64,000 bases of DNA. Source: Flavobacteriales bacterium. GTDB lineage: Bacteria > Bacteroidota > Bacteroidia > NS11-12g > UBA955. The stretch spans positions 149 through 64,148 of the forward strand of contig CANGWH010000004.1 of assembly GCA_947457565.1 (NCBI GenBank). Reading direction: 5' to 3'. The position numbers and the translations under genes are program-made. The notes beneath the pieces are model-generated. The model was not told the origin of the DNA, ran no database searches, and saw nothing but the letters and a program-made list of their open reading frames with translations. Below are positions 18,998-28,816 of this stretch, piece by piece (the stretch's first letter is position 1; every line of letters starts with the position of its first letter).

Positions 18998-21900
18998 ATG
19001 TTAAGAAACATTACAGAAAGATTTTTATTTACAAAAAACACAAAACGAAATTATAGGCTGGTTTTTATCAGTTTGTTTGTATTGGCGAATGCTCTTTCGG
19101 CAAGCGATAAGTGGGAATATCCTACCAAAAAGATTGTTGAAAACAAAGGTCAAATTAAAAATCAAAACGGCGAATCTAATAAGACTGTTCTGTTTCAATA
19201 CTACGACAAATACTGGAATGTAAGTATTTGCGACTCTGGGTTCCGATATCAATATAATAATTATAATTCAAAGACGAAAAAGTTTGATGCGATTAGATTG
19301 CATCAAACTTTTTTGTCTATAAGACCGTTGAGTTCGGTTAAAGTTGAACGCATATATGGGGAAAACAATCAATTAATCTCTTTAAGGTTTTTGAATGTAT
19401 TACCAGATATCAACTTATTGGTAGAGTCAGAGGGTGGTTTTAAATATTCATTTGAATTACAGAATAAAGCTACCATTAATTCAATAGCTTGGAGATATTT
19501 TGGATATGATAAGGATCTTTCCCAATATCCATCGGAGAAAATTAGTTTAGAAGTTGGCAATAAAACATTTACGGATGATTTTCCTAGAGTTTTTTATTTG
19601 GATAGGAAAGGGGAAGAATTTGAAATAGCAAAGCCTTTTTTTACTAGTAAAAATGGTATCATCGGAATTAAATTCAATAATCCAATTTCCCTAGAAGATG
19701 GTAGAAAATTAATTGTAGATCCAAAGCCTACATTAAACTACAGTACGTATTTTGGTGGAACTAGTGCTGAATCAAGAATGGTAAATACTTCCGATGATTC
19801 AAGCAATACATACGTAGCGGGTTTTACATCAAGTGCTTCTAGTATCAGTACAACGGGTGCTTATAAAACTTCGTTTGGAGGTAATATAGATGGGTTTATA
19901 GCGAAATTTTCTTCTACCAATGTTTTAAAATGGGCTACCTATTTTGGGGGCGCTAATGAAGACCAGATAACGGGTATAGCTTATTCATCGAAAGAGAAAT
20001 CTGTTTTTGTTACAGGCTATACGCAATCTAATGCCAATATAGCCACTTCGGGGGTGCATCAAACAAATAATGCTGGGGGTACCGATGCCTTTTTGGCTAA
20101 ATTTAACGCTGGTGGTAATCTTACTTGGTGTACGTATTTTGGTGGTTCCTCCAATGACCGGTTCTTTTCATTGGCAGTAACTGATTCTACAATTGTTGCC
20201 GTAGGTTTAACAGAGTCTAGCTCGGGAATATCAACAACAGGAGCCCACCAAACCTCTTATGCAGGTTCAGGAGATGGAATGATTGCTGAATTTTACCAGA
20301 ATGGAAAATTGAAGCAGGCAACCTATCATGGTGGATCAAATTATGATGAATTAATTGCTGTAGATTTAAATCAATATCCAATTTTTTTGGTAGCTGGCAA
20401 TACGGAGTCGTCAGGTCTTGGCACCGGTTTTACTCATAGTTCAAGTATAAATGGTAAAACAGATGGATTTATTTCGCAATTTGAAAATTTCAAAACGTTG
20501 GATTGGTGCACGTATTACGGTGGAAGCCAAGACGATGAGATATATTGTATGTCGTTGAATCCCAACAACGAAGTTGTAGTAACAGGTAGCACCAATTCAG
20601 CGTCAGGAATTTCAACTTCTTCATCCTATCAAAGCGCGTACGGTGGATCTGGCGATGGTTTCATTGCTTTGTTTGATGCGTATGATGGTACGTTAAATTA
20701 TGCTACTTATTTTGGTGATGCGGGATCCGATTTTATTACATCTCATCACGTTGATTTCCGCGGAAATATTGCAATTTTGGGGGCAACTGAAAGTAATAGT
20801 AATATCGCTACAAGCGGAGCGTTACAAACATCAAGGAATGGTTTAGTGGAGGGATTTATTGCTAAATTTAGTAATAGTTTTACTTTGTGGTGGTCATCGT
20901 ATTTAGGGGAAAGTCTCGACGATAATTTTCAATCCTTAAGTTACAACTGGCTTAATAATTATATTGCTTCCGGTAATTCAGCAAGTAGTTCTTTAGCTAC
21001 AACGGGGGCCTATCAGACATCCAATAATGGAAATAACGATGGTTTATTGATGTTGTTAACAGACTGTCCCACCAATATCACGTATTCTATTACTAAGAAG
21101 GATGTAATATGTTTTGGTGATAAAACAGGGGAGATAAAAATTACGATGAGTGATCTTACGCGTAATTTTAAATATGGAATCAACCCAAGACAATTAGGTG
21201 CTTCAAGCACAATTTCTAATCTTGCGGCGGGTAAATATCGAATTTATGCGGTAGATGAAACAGGTTGTGCTTGGTACGACTCAGTGAAATTAGACCAACC
21301 AACGGAAATAAAAATTGTAGGTACAGTAACGAGCCCAAAGTGTTTTGGATCTTCCGATGGTCAAATCACATTAGCGGTAACGGGAGGGATTAGTCCATAC
21401 AGTTATTTTTGGAATACAATCCCCAGTTCAACCTCAAAGGATATAACAAATCTTGCTTCCGGGAATTACACCGTAACAGTAAAGGATAATTTGGGATGCA
21501 CAAAGTTAGAAACAGTAAAAGTTGTGGATCCTCCGGTAGTTGCTGTTAGCGCAAGTAGTATTAAAAATGTTATTTGTCACGGTGACAATACGGGTGAAGT
21601 TACTATTTCAGCTACGGGCGGTAAATCTCCTTATTTGTATAAAATCGGTACTGGCTCTCTACAAGTTAGTAATGTTTTCAGTGGTTTGGCTGCAGGAAAT
21701 TATACATTTTCTGTACAAGACGCAAATGGTTGTGTACAATCGTCTGTGATATCGGTTACACAACCAACAGCATTAACTATCACTGCAAATACGGTGAATG
21801 ATGTATTATGTAAGGGTGGAACAACAGGTAGTGTTACAGTTTCAGCAAGTGGTGGAACAGGGGCTTATCTTTATCAGTTAAATACAGGTACATTCCAAAG

Positions 21901-24900
21901 TAGTGGATCCTTTACGGGACTTGGAGCCGGAACCTACTCATTCACAGTTAAGGATGGCGCTGGTTGTTTAAAGAGTATTTCGGCGACAATAAATGAGCCG
22001 AGTTTATCTGTTTCAGTAGCAACTTCTATAACGGCAGTAGATTGCAAAGGAAGTAGTACGGGCAGTGTTACATTAACGGCAAGTGGTGGAACGTCACCTT
22101 ATACCTACCAATTGGGTACGGGAAGTTTTCAAGCAAGTAACTCTTTTACTAGTTTATCGGCAGGGATTTATAATTTTACCGTAAAAGATTCAAAAGGTTG
22201 TACGCAAGTAGTTTCGGTTACCGTTACTGAACCATCCGCACTAACATTAACTAGTAGTAGTATATTAAATGTGGATTGCAAAGGGAACAATACGGGTGTT
22301 GTGGTTTTGTCTGCAAGTGGTGGAACATCCCCATATTCTTACCAATTAGGAAGCGGTAGTTTTCAATCGAGCAATACATTTAGCAATTTAACTGCAGGTA
22401 GCTATAACTTTACGGTTAAGGACGCTAATAATTGCACCCAGACGATTACAAGAACCGTCACAGAACCTGCGGTTCTTGCATTAACTACGGCAAGTATTAC
22501 ACACGTAGATTGTAATGGAAGCAGTACCGGAAGCCTAACCTTGTTAGCCGCTGGAGGGAATTCTCCATATGAATATCAACTGGGTAGTGGAACATTCCAA
22601 ACAAGTGCTACATTCAGTGGTTTTGCGGTAGGGAATTATACATTTACAACCAAAGATGCTAAAGGATGTACCAAATCAGCAACGTTCACTATTACAGAAC
22701 CATCAAAACTTACTTTAACCCATACGGGATTGGTAAATGTAGTTTGTAATGGGGCTAAAACAGGGAGTGTTACCTTATCCGCAAGTGGAGGAACATCAAC
22801 GTACAGTTATAGAATAGGAACGGGAACTTATCAGAGCAGCGAAATATTCTCCGGTTTAGCAGCCGGTACATATATTTTCACGGTAAAAGATGCTAAAGGG
22901 TGCACAGAGACATATTCTGTTACAATTACAGAGCCATCAGCAATTGTTATTTCAACTACATCATTAACTCCGGTTGATTGTAAGGGCAATAGCACCGGAA
23001 GTATCACCGTAACGGCTTCTGGAGGTATCTCACCCTATACCTATAAAATTGGGATGGGGGCATATCAATCAAGTGGAACATTCAGTGGGTTACTAGCTCA
23101 AACCTATGCTGTAACAGCGAAAGATGCGAATGGATGTACTTCAACGGTGAATATAACCGTTACTGAACCCTCGGCATTAATTTTGAGTACCTCGTCCATA
23201 ACTTCAGTAGATTGCAAAGGTAATTCCACGGGATCCGTAACCTTTTCGGCATCTGGAGGCACAGGCGCCTATAGTTATAAAATTGGGGCAGGAAGTTATC
23301 AAAGTAGTGGAACATTCAGTGGTTTGGCGGCTGGCAGTTACCGGGGCTTTGTTTTGGATGCTAACAATTGTAGTAGTTTCCTTGATTTTACAATCACTGA
23401 ACCTGCAGCAATAGCTTTAACCACTGCTAGTATTACGCAAGTAGATTGTAAAGGCAATAGTACTGGATCCATTACATTATCAGGGTCTGGGGGGACTGCT
23501 CCTTACGAATTTAAATTAGGCACAGGAACATATCAATCCAGTGCTGTTTTTAGTGGTTTTGCCGCAGGAAACTACAGCTTTACGGCCAAAGATAAAAACG
23601 GATGTACAGTAACGGAAACATTTACGGTTACCGAGCCTACGGCCTTAACATTAACAAATTCAGTTATTACCCATGTTACCTGCAACGGCGGAAGTAACGG
23701 AAGTGTTACATTATTAGCCGGAGGCGGTACTTCGCCGTACTCGTATAGGCTGGGAACCGGCACCTACCGAAGCAGTAATGTATTTAGTGGTTTAACAGCA
23801 GGAAGTAATACATTTACAGTTAGGGATGCCAATGGATGTACGCAAACTTATACCGTAACTATTACTGAGCCATCGGCTATTTCAATAACAAATTCATCAT
23901 TAACCCCGGTTGACTGTAAAGGAAACAGCACGGGTAGTTTTACCGTAACGGCTTCGGGTGGTACATCGCCATTTACTTATAGAATTGGTACTGGCCTATA
24001 CCAGTCTAGTGGAACTTTTAGCAGTTTATCCGCTCAAACGTATACCGTAACGGCTAAGGATGCCAATGGGTGCACTTCAACGATGAATATCTCAGTGATT
24101 GAACCCTCGGCATTAATAATTAGTACTTCTTCTATTACTTCTGTAAATTGTAAAGGCAATTCCACGGGATCGGTAACATTTTCTGCAACGGGTGGAACAG
24201 CTCCTTATAATTTTAAAATAGGATCTGGTGCGCTTCAAAGTAGTTCAACCTTTGGTGGATTAGTCGCAGGAAGTTATCGAGGTTATGTAATAGATGCGAA
24301 TAATTGCAGCAGCTATATTGATTTTACAATTACTGAACCATCGGCATTAAATCTAGTAATAAACAGTACATCCAACGTTGATTGTTTTGGAAATTCCACG
24401 GGAATTGTAACCCTAACTGCATCAGGAGGTACAACTGCATATTCGTATCAGTTAGGTACAGGTAGTTTTCAAGTAAGTTCTGCTTTTACTGGATTATCGG
24501 CGGGGAATTATAGCTTTACGGCTAAGGATGCCAAAGGGTGTTTGGCAACCGTGAGTGCCTCTATTACCCAACCATCGGCATTGACGCTAGGGAGTAGTAA
24601 TACCAACGTAGATTGTAAAGGAGCAAGTACGGGCTCAGTAACACTTACGGCAGGTGGCGGTACAGCCCCTTATACCTATAAAATTGGAACAGGCAGTTAT
24701 CGTACAAGTAATATTTTCTCAAGTTTAGTAGCTGGAAGTTATACATTTACAGTACAAGATGCCAACGGTTGTGTACAAACATTAACAGTAACATTAACGG
24801 AACCTACGGCTCTAACGGTTGCCACCAGTAGTATTACACAGGTAGATTGTAAAGGCGATAATTCAGGAAGTGTAAGTTTAGTGGGAAGTGGTGGAGTACC

Positions 24901-27900
24901 TCCTTATAATTTCAGATTGGGTACAGGAACCTATCAAACCAGTGGTACATTCACCGGTTTGAGTGCAGGTGTAAACGTATTTACAGTTCGAGATGCTAAT
25001 GGCTGTACAACCAATGCATCGGTAACGATAACGGAGCCTACAGCTATTGTAATTGCAGTTTCGTCCGTAGATAGTGTTAATTGCTTTAAGGGTGCCGATG
25101 GCAGTATAACAACCACTGTAACAGGTGGTAGTGGATCGTATAGTTATTTATGGGATGATGCTGCAAAACAAACCACAGCAAAAGCATCGAACCTCGAAAA
25201 AGGAACGTATACTTTGGTTGTTACGGATGCAAAGGGATGTAAAATGTCTAAATCCGCTTCGGTTGAAGAACCCGCTAAGGTTTCTTTATTGGTAACAGCG
25301 GTTGATAGTGTAAATTGCTTTAATGGGTCAGACGGTAGTATTTCTACGTCAGTTTCTGGAGGTAGTAAAGGGTATAAATATTTGTGGAATGATCCAACTA
25401 AACAGACAACGCCCAAAGCATCGGGCTTGAAAAAAGGAACTTTTAAATTAATCGCAAAAGACATTTACGGTTGTAGCGATTCTATTACAGGAACTGTTAA
25501 TGAACCGGATAAAGTGGTATTAACCACCACCGCTATAGATAGCGTGAATTGTTTCAAAGAATCGGATGGAAGTATATCCACTTCGATTTCGGGCGGTAGT
25601 AAAGGATATAAATATTTATGGAATGATGCCTTAAAGCAAACCACTGCGAAAGCATCTAATTTACCTAAAGGAACCTATAAGTTAATTGCAAGAGATATTT
25701 ATGGATGCAGTGATTCCATTACTGGAACCGTTAATGAACCGGAAAAAGTTGTGTTGACGGTTGCTGCTGTGGATAGTGTTAACTGTTTTAAAGGATCGGA
25801 TGGAAGTATCACTACATCCGTTACTGGGGGTAGTAAAGGATATAAATATTTATGGAATGATCCGGCCAAACAGACAACGGCCAATGCAACTAATCTAACT
25901 AAAGGAACGTATAAGGTGGTTGTGAAAGATATTTATGGGTGCAGCGATTCTATAACTGCCACGGTGAGTGAACCAGCTAAAGTTACAATTACCGCTACAA
26001 GCACAGACAGTGTTAATTGTTTTGGAGGGAACGATGGAAATGCAAGCATTTCCGTAATTGGAGGAAGTGGAGGTTTGAAATATGAATGGAATGATCCGTC
26101 TAAACAAACTACGGCATCTGCGGTGAATTTGAAAAAAGGCACTTATAAGGTTATTGTTAAAGATATTTATAATTGTTCGGATTCTGCCACGGTGAAAATC
26201 GAAGAACCCAATAAATTGGTGCTCTCCTTAGTTACTAAGGAAGATATATCCTGTTTTGGTAAAGAAGATGGTAAAATAACCGTTTCTGCAACTGGAGGTA
26301 CTCCTACACTTAAATATAGTTGGTCCCATGCGCCTACGTTAAATGCTACATCCGCCACAATCAAATACAAGGGTAATTTTAAAGTTATCGTAACTGATTA
26401 TCATGGATGTAAGGACTCATTGACACAAACAATCGCTGAGCCGGCAATCTTAACACTGGTTTTAGACTCTTTGAAGAATCCCAATTGTTATTTTTCAGCA
26501 GATGGTTATTTAAGAGTATCGAGTACAGGTGGAAACGGTGGAAACTTATATAAATGGATAACTTCACCCGTTGTATATGGTAATGAATTAATTTATTTAA
26601 AGTCAGGAAAATACAAGGTAGAACTTACCGATGCAAAAGGATGCTTTACATCCCAAACCTATGAATTGATTGCACCGGATTCGTTAAATACAAAACTTGT
26701 AATTGATTCCGTATTGTGTTTTGGAGGAAATACCGGTAGAATATTAGCTATGCCGGCTGGTGGAACCGCAGGATATTCCTATACATGGAGTAAATATCCA
26801 GGTAATAATACGGCGTTGTTGGAAGGCTTGAGTATTGGAAGTTACACGGTGGAAATTACGGATAGAAATGGGTGTAAACAGAAGAGAACGGGTACAGTTA
26901 GAGAGCCAAGTAAATTAGGACTTCTTAAAAAATCTACTCCTGTTTCCTGTTTTAATGGTATTAATGGCCAAATCACAGTTCGAGGTACTGGTGGACAGCG
27001 TCCATATTTATATCGATGGGAATCAAAGCCAGGGCTTACAGATTCTACCTTAACAGGTTTGAAGTCGGATGTTTATAAGGTTTATGTTTTTGATCGTAAT
27101 GGATGTAATTTGTCGGATACGATAACTGTTAATCAGCCAACGGAGTTACTTGTATCAACAACCACTAAACAACCTACCTGTTTTGGTTCCAAAAATGGAG
27201 AAATTTCAGTCTCTGTTGCGGGCGGAACGAAATCTTATACCTACAAGTGGAATATTTCTTCTTTTGGCAATGTAAGTGTAGTGAAAAGTTTATCGCCGGC
27301 TAATTACAGTGTGCTGGTTACAGATAAAAATGGATGTTCAGTAACTAAAGATCTAGTTATTAAGGAAAAAGACAATTTGATACTTGAGGCGAAATTAAAA
27401 CAGCCCAAATGTTTTGGTGAAAAAAATGGTGAAATCGAGTTGCAGATTAAAAACAATCAAGGACCAGCTTCGTGTTTATGGACCAGTTTAGGCGGTTTAA
27501 TAAGCAATAAAGCCACCAATTTAGCTTCAGGTAAATACCCGGTTACAATTACGGATTCGGTGGGTTGTAAAATAACCCAAAGTATCGATTTAAAAGAACC
27601 AACAAAGATTGGTTTTACCTCAAGTAAGCAAAATCTAAGATGTAAAGGTGATAGTAACGCTTGGATACAACTAGCAGGATTTGGAGGAGTTGGGAAATAT
27701 CAATTCTCCACAGGAACAACGGTGAGTGAGAATGGTAAATTCATGGATTTATCTGAAGGAGATTATCCCATGGAGATTAGAGATTCATTAGGTTGTTTGT
27801 ATAGCGAAAAAGTTAATATTTCGTCTCCCACTGCAATAAAGATTACGGCAATTAAAACAATTGATAATAAGTGTTATGGTGATGCGGATGGAATGATTGT

Positions 27901-28816
27901 TATATCTACCTTGGGTGGAGTTTCTCCATATTCTATCAATTGGAGCACGGGTGTTTCCAATGATACCATCTCGAATTTAACCGCCGGAAATTATGCGGCA
28001 TTGGTGGAAGACAGAAATGGATGTGTAGTATCAAGTAATTTTGAAATTACGCAGCCAGATCCTCTGTTTGCATCGGCTACAATTGTTTCTCAACCAATTT
28101 GTAATGAAAATCGTTCTGGAGCTGTAACTCTATTAGTAACAGGCGGTACAAAACCTTATAGTTTCTGGGGCAACGGTAGAGTCAATTCATCGGATGAATT
28201 TACATCCCTTGATTCAGGTAAATTGATATATACTGTTGTTGATAGTAATGGTTGTTTCTTTGAAGATTCTGTTCAATTGAATTATCAAAGAAAACTATCG
28301 GCCTTAATCCCTAAGCCCTTAATATTCCAGAATAATCGATTTAGGATGATTAATCCTATTTTGTCGGGCATTGATTCTACCAAATCAGTATTCAATTGGT
28401 CTGACTCCGATGATTTCCAAGAGCAACAGTATTTCCAACGTCCAATAGTAAGATTTAATTCTAACCGAACCATTTACTTAAAAGTATCGGACGAAAATGG
28501 TTGTATTGCAATTGATAGCACAGAGATATTGGTATTAATGGATTATGGCAAAGCCTTACCAAATACCTTTACCCCCAACGATGACGGTTTAAACGATGTA
28601 TTTGCATTCCCAAAATATTTGAGCATTTTGGAATTTAAAGTGTTTGACCGATTTGGGAAGGTATTATATGAAAAAATGGGGGATGATCCGAAGTGGGATG
28701 GATTCTATCAAAACGAATTATTACCCCAAGGTAATTATGTTTATTTAGTTAAATTTACTCTGCCTGGTTCCACAGAATTGATTACAGTAAAGGGTATAAT
28801 AACATTATTAAAATGA
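18998..28816 (+). CDS. SprB-like giant cell-surface adhesin and T9SS type-B cargo: an N-terminal SBBP beta-propeller, about 30 SprB/HYR-like repeats and a type-B CTD.
   Basis: 3272 aa. Residues ~250-690 carry SBBP-type beta-propeller repeats (YFGGxxxDxxxxIAxDxxxNxYVxGxTxSxxxIAT). From nt ~21060 to ~28280 there are tandem ~77-78 aa repeats of two subtypes: CKGNSTGSVT..GGTSPYxYxLGxGxxQSS..FSGLxAGxY.FTVKDANGC, and NCFxGxDGxI..SV.GGSxxYxYxWND..KQTT. The C-terminus KALPNTFTPNDDGLNDVFAF...GNYVYLVKF...KGIITLLK is a type-B sorting domain. Confidence 0.85.
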   Translation: MLRNITERFLFTKNTKRNYRLVFISLFVLANALSASDKWEYPTKKIVENKGQIKNQNGESNKTVLFQYYDKYWNVSICDSGFRYQYNNYNSKTKKFDAIRLHQTFLSIRPLSSVKVERIYGENNQLISLRFLNVLPDINLLVESEGGFKYSFELQNKATINSIAWRYFGYDKDLSQYPSEKISLEVGNKTFTDDFPRVFYLDRKGEEFEIAKPFFTSKNGIIGIKFNNPISLEDGRKLIVDPKPTLNYSTYFGGTSAESRMVNTSDDSSNTYVAGFTSSASSISTTGAYKTSFGGNIDGFIAKFSSTNVLKWATYFGGANEDQITGIAYSSKEKSVFVTGYTQSNANIATSGVHQTNNAGGTDAFLAKFNAGGNLTWCTYFGGSSNDRFFSLAVTDSTIVAVGLTESSSGISTTGAHQTSYAGSGDGMIAEFYQNGKLKQATYHGGSNYDELIAVDLNQYPIFLVAGNTESSGLGTGFTHSSSINGKTDGFISQFENFKTLDWCTYYGGSQDDEIYCMSLNPNNEVVVTGSTNSASGISTSSSYQSAYGGSGDGFIALFDAYDGTLNYATYFGDAGSDFITSHHVDFRGNIAILGATESNSNIATSGALQTSRNGLVEGFIAKFSNSFTLWWSSYLGESLDDNFQSLSYNWLNNYIASGNSASSSLATTGAYQTSNNGNNDGLLMLLTDCPTNITYSITKKDVICFGDKTGEIKITMSDLTRNFKYGINPRQLGASSTISNLAAGKYRIYAVDETGCAWYDSVKLDQPTEIKIVGTVTSPKCFGSSDGQITLAVTGGISPYSYFWNTIPSSTSKDITNLASGNYTVTVKDNLGCTKLETVKVVDPPVVAVSASSIKNVICHGDNTGEVTISATGGKSPYLYKIGTGSLQVSNVFSGLAAGNYTFSVQDANGCVQSSVISVTQPTALTITANTVNDVLCKGGTTGSVTVSASGGTGAYLYQLNTGTFQSSGSFTGLGAGTYSFTVKDGAGCLKSISATINEPSLSVSVATSITAVDCKGSSTGSVTLTASGGTSPYTYQLGTGSFQASNSFTSLSAGIYNFTVKDSKGCTQVVSVTVTEPSALTLTSSSILNVDCKGNNTGVVVLSASGGTSPYSYQLGSGSFQSSNTFSNLTAGSYNFTVKDANNCTQTITRTVTEPAVLALTTASITHVDCNGSSTGSLTLLAAGGNSPYEYQLGSGTFQTSATFSGFAVGNYTFTTKDAKGCTKSATFTITEPSKLTLTHTGLVNVVCNGAKTGSVTLSASGGTSTYSYRIGTGTYQSSEIFSGLAAGTYIFTVKDAKGCTETYSVTITEPSAIVISTTSLTPVDCKGNSTGSITVTASGGISPYTYKIGMGAYQSSGTFSGLLAQTYAVTAKDANGCTSTVNITVTEPSALILSTSSITSVDCKGNSTGSVTFSASGGTGAYSYKIGAGSYQSSGTFSGLAAGSYRGFVLDANNCSSFLDFTITEPAAIALTTASITQVDCKGNSTGSITLSGSGGTAPYEFKLGTGTYQSSAVFSGFAAGNYSFTAKDKNGCTVTETFTVTEPTALTLTNSVITHVTCNGGSNGSVTLLAGGGTSPYSYRLGTGTYRSSNVFSGLTAGSNTFTVRDANGCTQTYTVTITEPSAISITNSSLTPVDCKGNSTGSFTVTASGGTSPFTYRIGTGLYQSSGTFSSLSAQTYTVTAKDANGCTSTMNISVIEPSALIISTSSITSVNCKGNSTGSVTFSATGGTAPYNFKIGSGALQSSSTFGGLVAGSYRGYVIDANNCSSYIDFTITEPSALNLVINSTSNVDCFGNSTGIVTLTASGGTTAYSYQLGTGSFQVSSAFTGLSAGNYSFTAKDAKGCLATVSASITQPSALTLGSSNTNVDCKGASTGSVTLTAGGGTAPYTYKIGTGSYRTSNIFSSLVAGSYTFTVQDANGCVQTLTVTLTEPTALTVATSSITQVDCKGDNSGSVSLVGSGGVPPYNFRLGTGTYQTSGTFTGLSAGVNVFTVRDANGCTTNASVTITEPTAIVIAVSSVDSVNCFKGADGSITTTVTGGSGSYSYLWDDAAKQTTAKASNLEKGTYTLVVTDAKGCKMSKSASVEEPAKVSLLVTAVDSVNCFNGSDGSISTSVSGGSKGYKYLWNDPTKQTTPKASGLKKGTFKLIAKDIYGCSDSITGTVNEPDKVVLTTTAIDSVNCFKESDGSISTSISGGSKGYKYLWNDALKQTTAKASNLPKGTYKLIARDIYGCSDSITGTVNEPEKVVLTVAAVDSVNCFKGSDGSITTSVTGGSKGYKYLWNDPAKQTTANATNLTKGTYKVVVKDIYGCSDSITATVSEPAKVTITATSTDSVNCFGGNDGNASISVIGGSGGLKYEWNDPSKQTTASAVNLKKGTYKVIVKDIYNCSDSATVKIEEPNKLVLSLVTKEDISCFGKEDGKITVSATGGTPTLKYSWSHAPTLNATSATIKYKGNFKVIVTDYHGCKDSLTQTIAEPAILTLVLDSLKNPNCYFSADGYLRVSSTGGNGGNLYKWITSPVVYGNELIYLKSGKYKVELTDAKGCFTSQTYELIAPDSLNTKLVIDSVLCFGGNTGRILAMPAGGTAGYSYTWSKYPGNNTALLEGLSIGSYTVEITDRNGCKQKRTGTVREPSKLGLLKKSTPVSCFNGINGQITVRGTGGQRPYLYRWESKPGLTDSTLTGLKSDVYKVYVFDRNGCNLSDTITVNQPTELLVSTTTKQPTCFGSKNGEISVSVAGGTKSYTYKWNISSFGNVSVVKSLSPANYSVLVTDKNGCSVTKDLVIKEKDNLILEAKLKQPKCFGEKNGEIELQIKNNQGPASCLWTSLGGLISNKATNLASGKYPVTITDSVGCKITQSIDLKEPTKIGFTSSKQNLRCKGDSNAWIQLAGFGGVGKYQFSTGTTVSENGKFMDLSEGDYPMEIRDSLGCLYSEKVNISSPTAIKITAIKTIDNKCYGDADGMIVISTLGGVSPYSINWSTGVSNDTISNLTAGNYAALVEDRNGCVVSSNFEITQPDPLFASATIVSQPICNENRSGAVTLLVTGGTKPYSFWGNGRVNSSDEFTSLDSGKLIYTVVDSNGCFFEDSVQLNYQRKLSALIPKPLIFQNNRFRMINPILSGIDSTKSVFNWSDSDDFQEQQYFQRPIVRFNSNRTIYLKVSDENGCIAIDSTEILVLMDYGKALPNTFTPNDDGLNDVFAFPKYLSILEFKVFDRFGKVLYEKMGDDPKWDGFYQNELLPQGNYVYLVKFTLPGSTELITVKGIITLLK
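22464..24336 (+). repeat. Higher-order tandem duplication inside the SprB-like gene: two ~935-bp units, each made of four 234-bp SprB repeats.
   Basis: Unit I 22464-23397 and unit II 23398-24336 encode the same series of four repeat variants. Examples are ...LAQTYAVTAKDANGCTST... followed by ...SYRGFVLDANNCSSFLDFTITEP... in unit I, and ...LSAQTYTVTAKDANGCTST... followed by ...SYRGYVIDANNCSSYIDFTITEP... in unit II. At the DNA level the units have diverged (~70%). Confidence 0.7.
25060..26220 (+). repeat. Block of five 231-bp tandem repeats of the NCF.GSDGSI...GGSKGYKYLWND subtype with high nucleotide identity.
   Basis: The string ggtagtaaagg(a/g)tataaatattt(a/g)tggaatgat recurs at ~25368, ~25597 and ~25829. 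Adjacent units 25303-25533, 25534-25764 and 25765-25995 align end to end (~80% nt identity). Confidence 0.75.

Noticed and set aside
25144-26142. Antisense ORFs 25144-25464, 25699-25884 and 25933-26142 share a conserved PLLPP.TDV.ILPSDPLKQLTLS motif.
   Set aside because: They lie opposite the near-identical SprB-type tandem repeats, so the conservation is a by-product of the sense-strand repeats and not independent genes.
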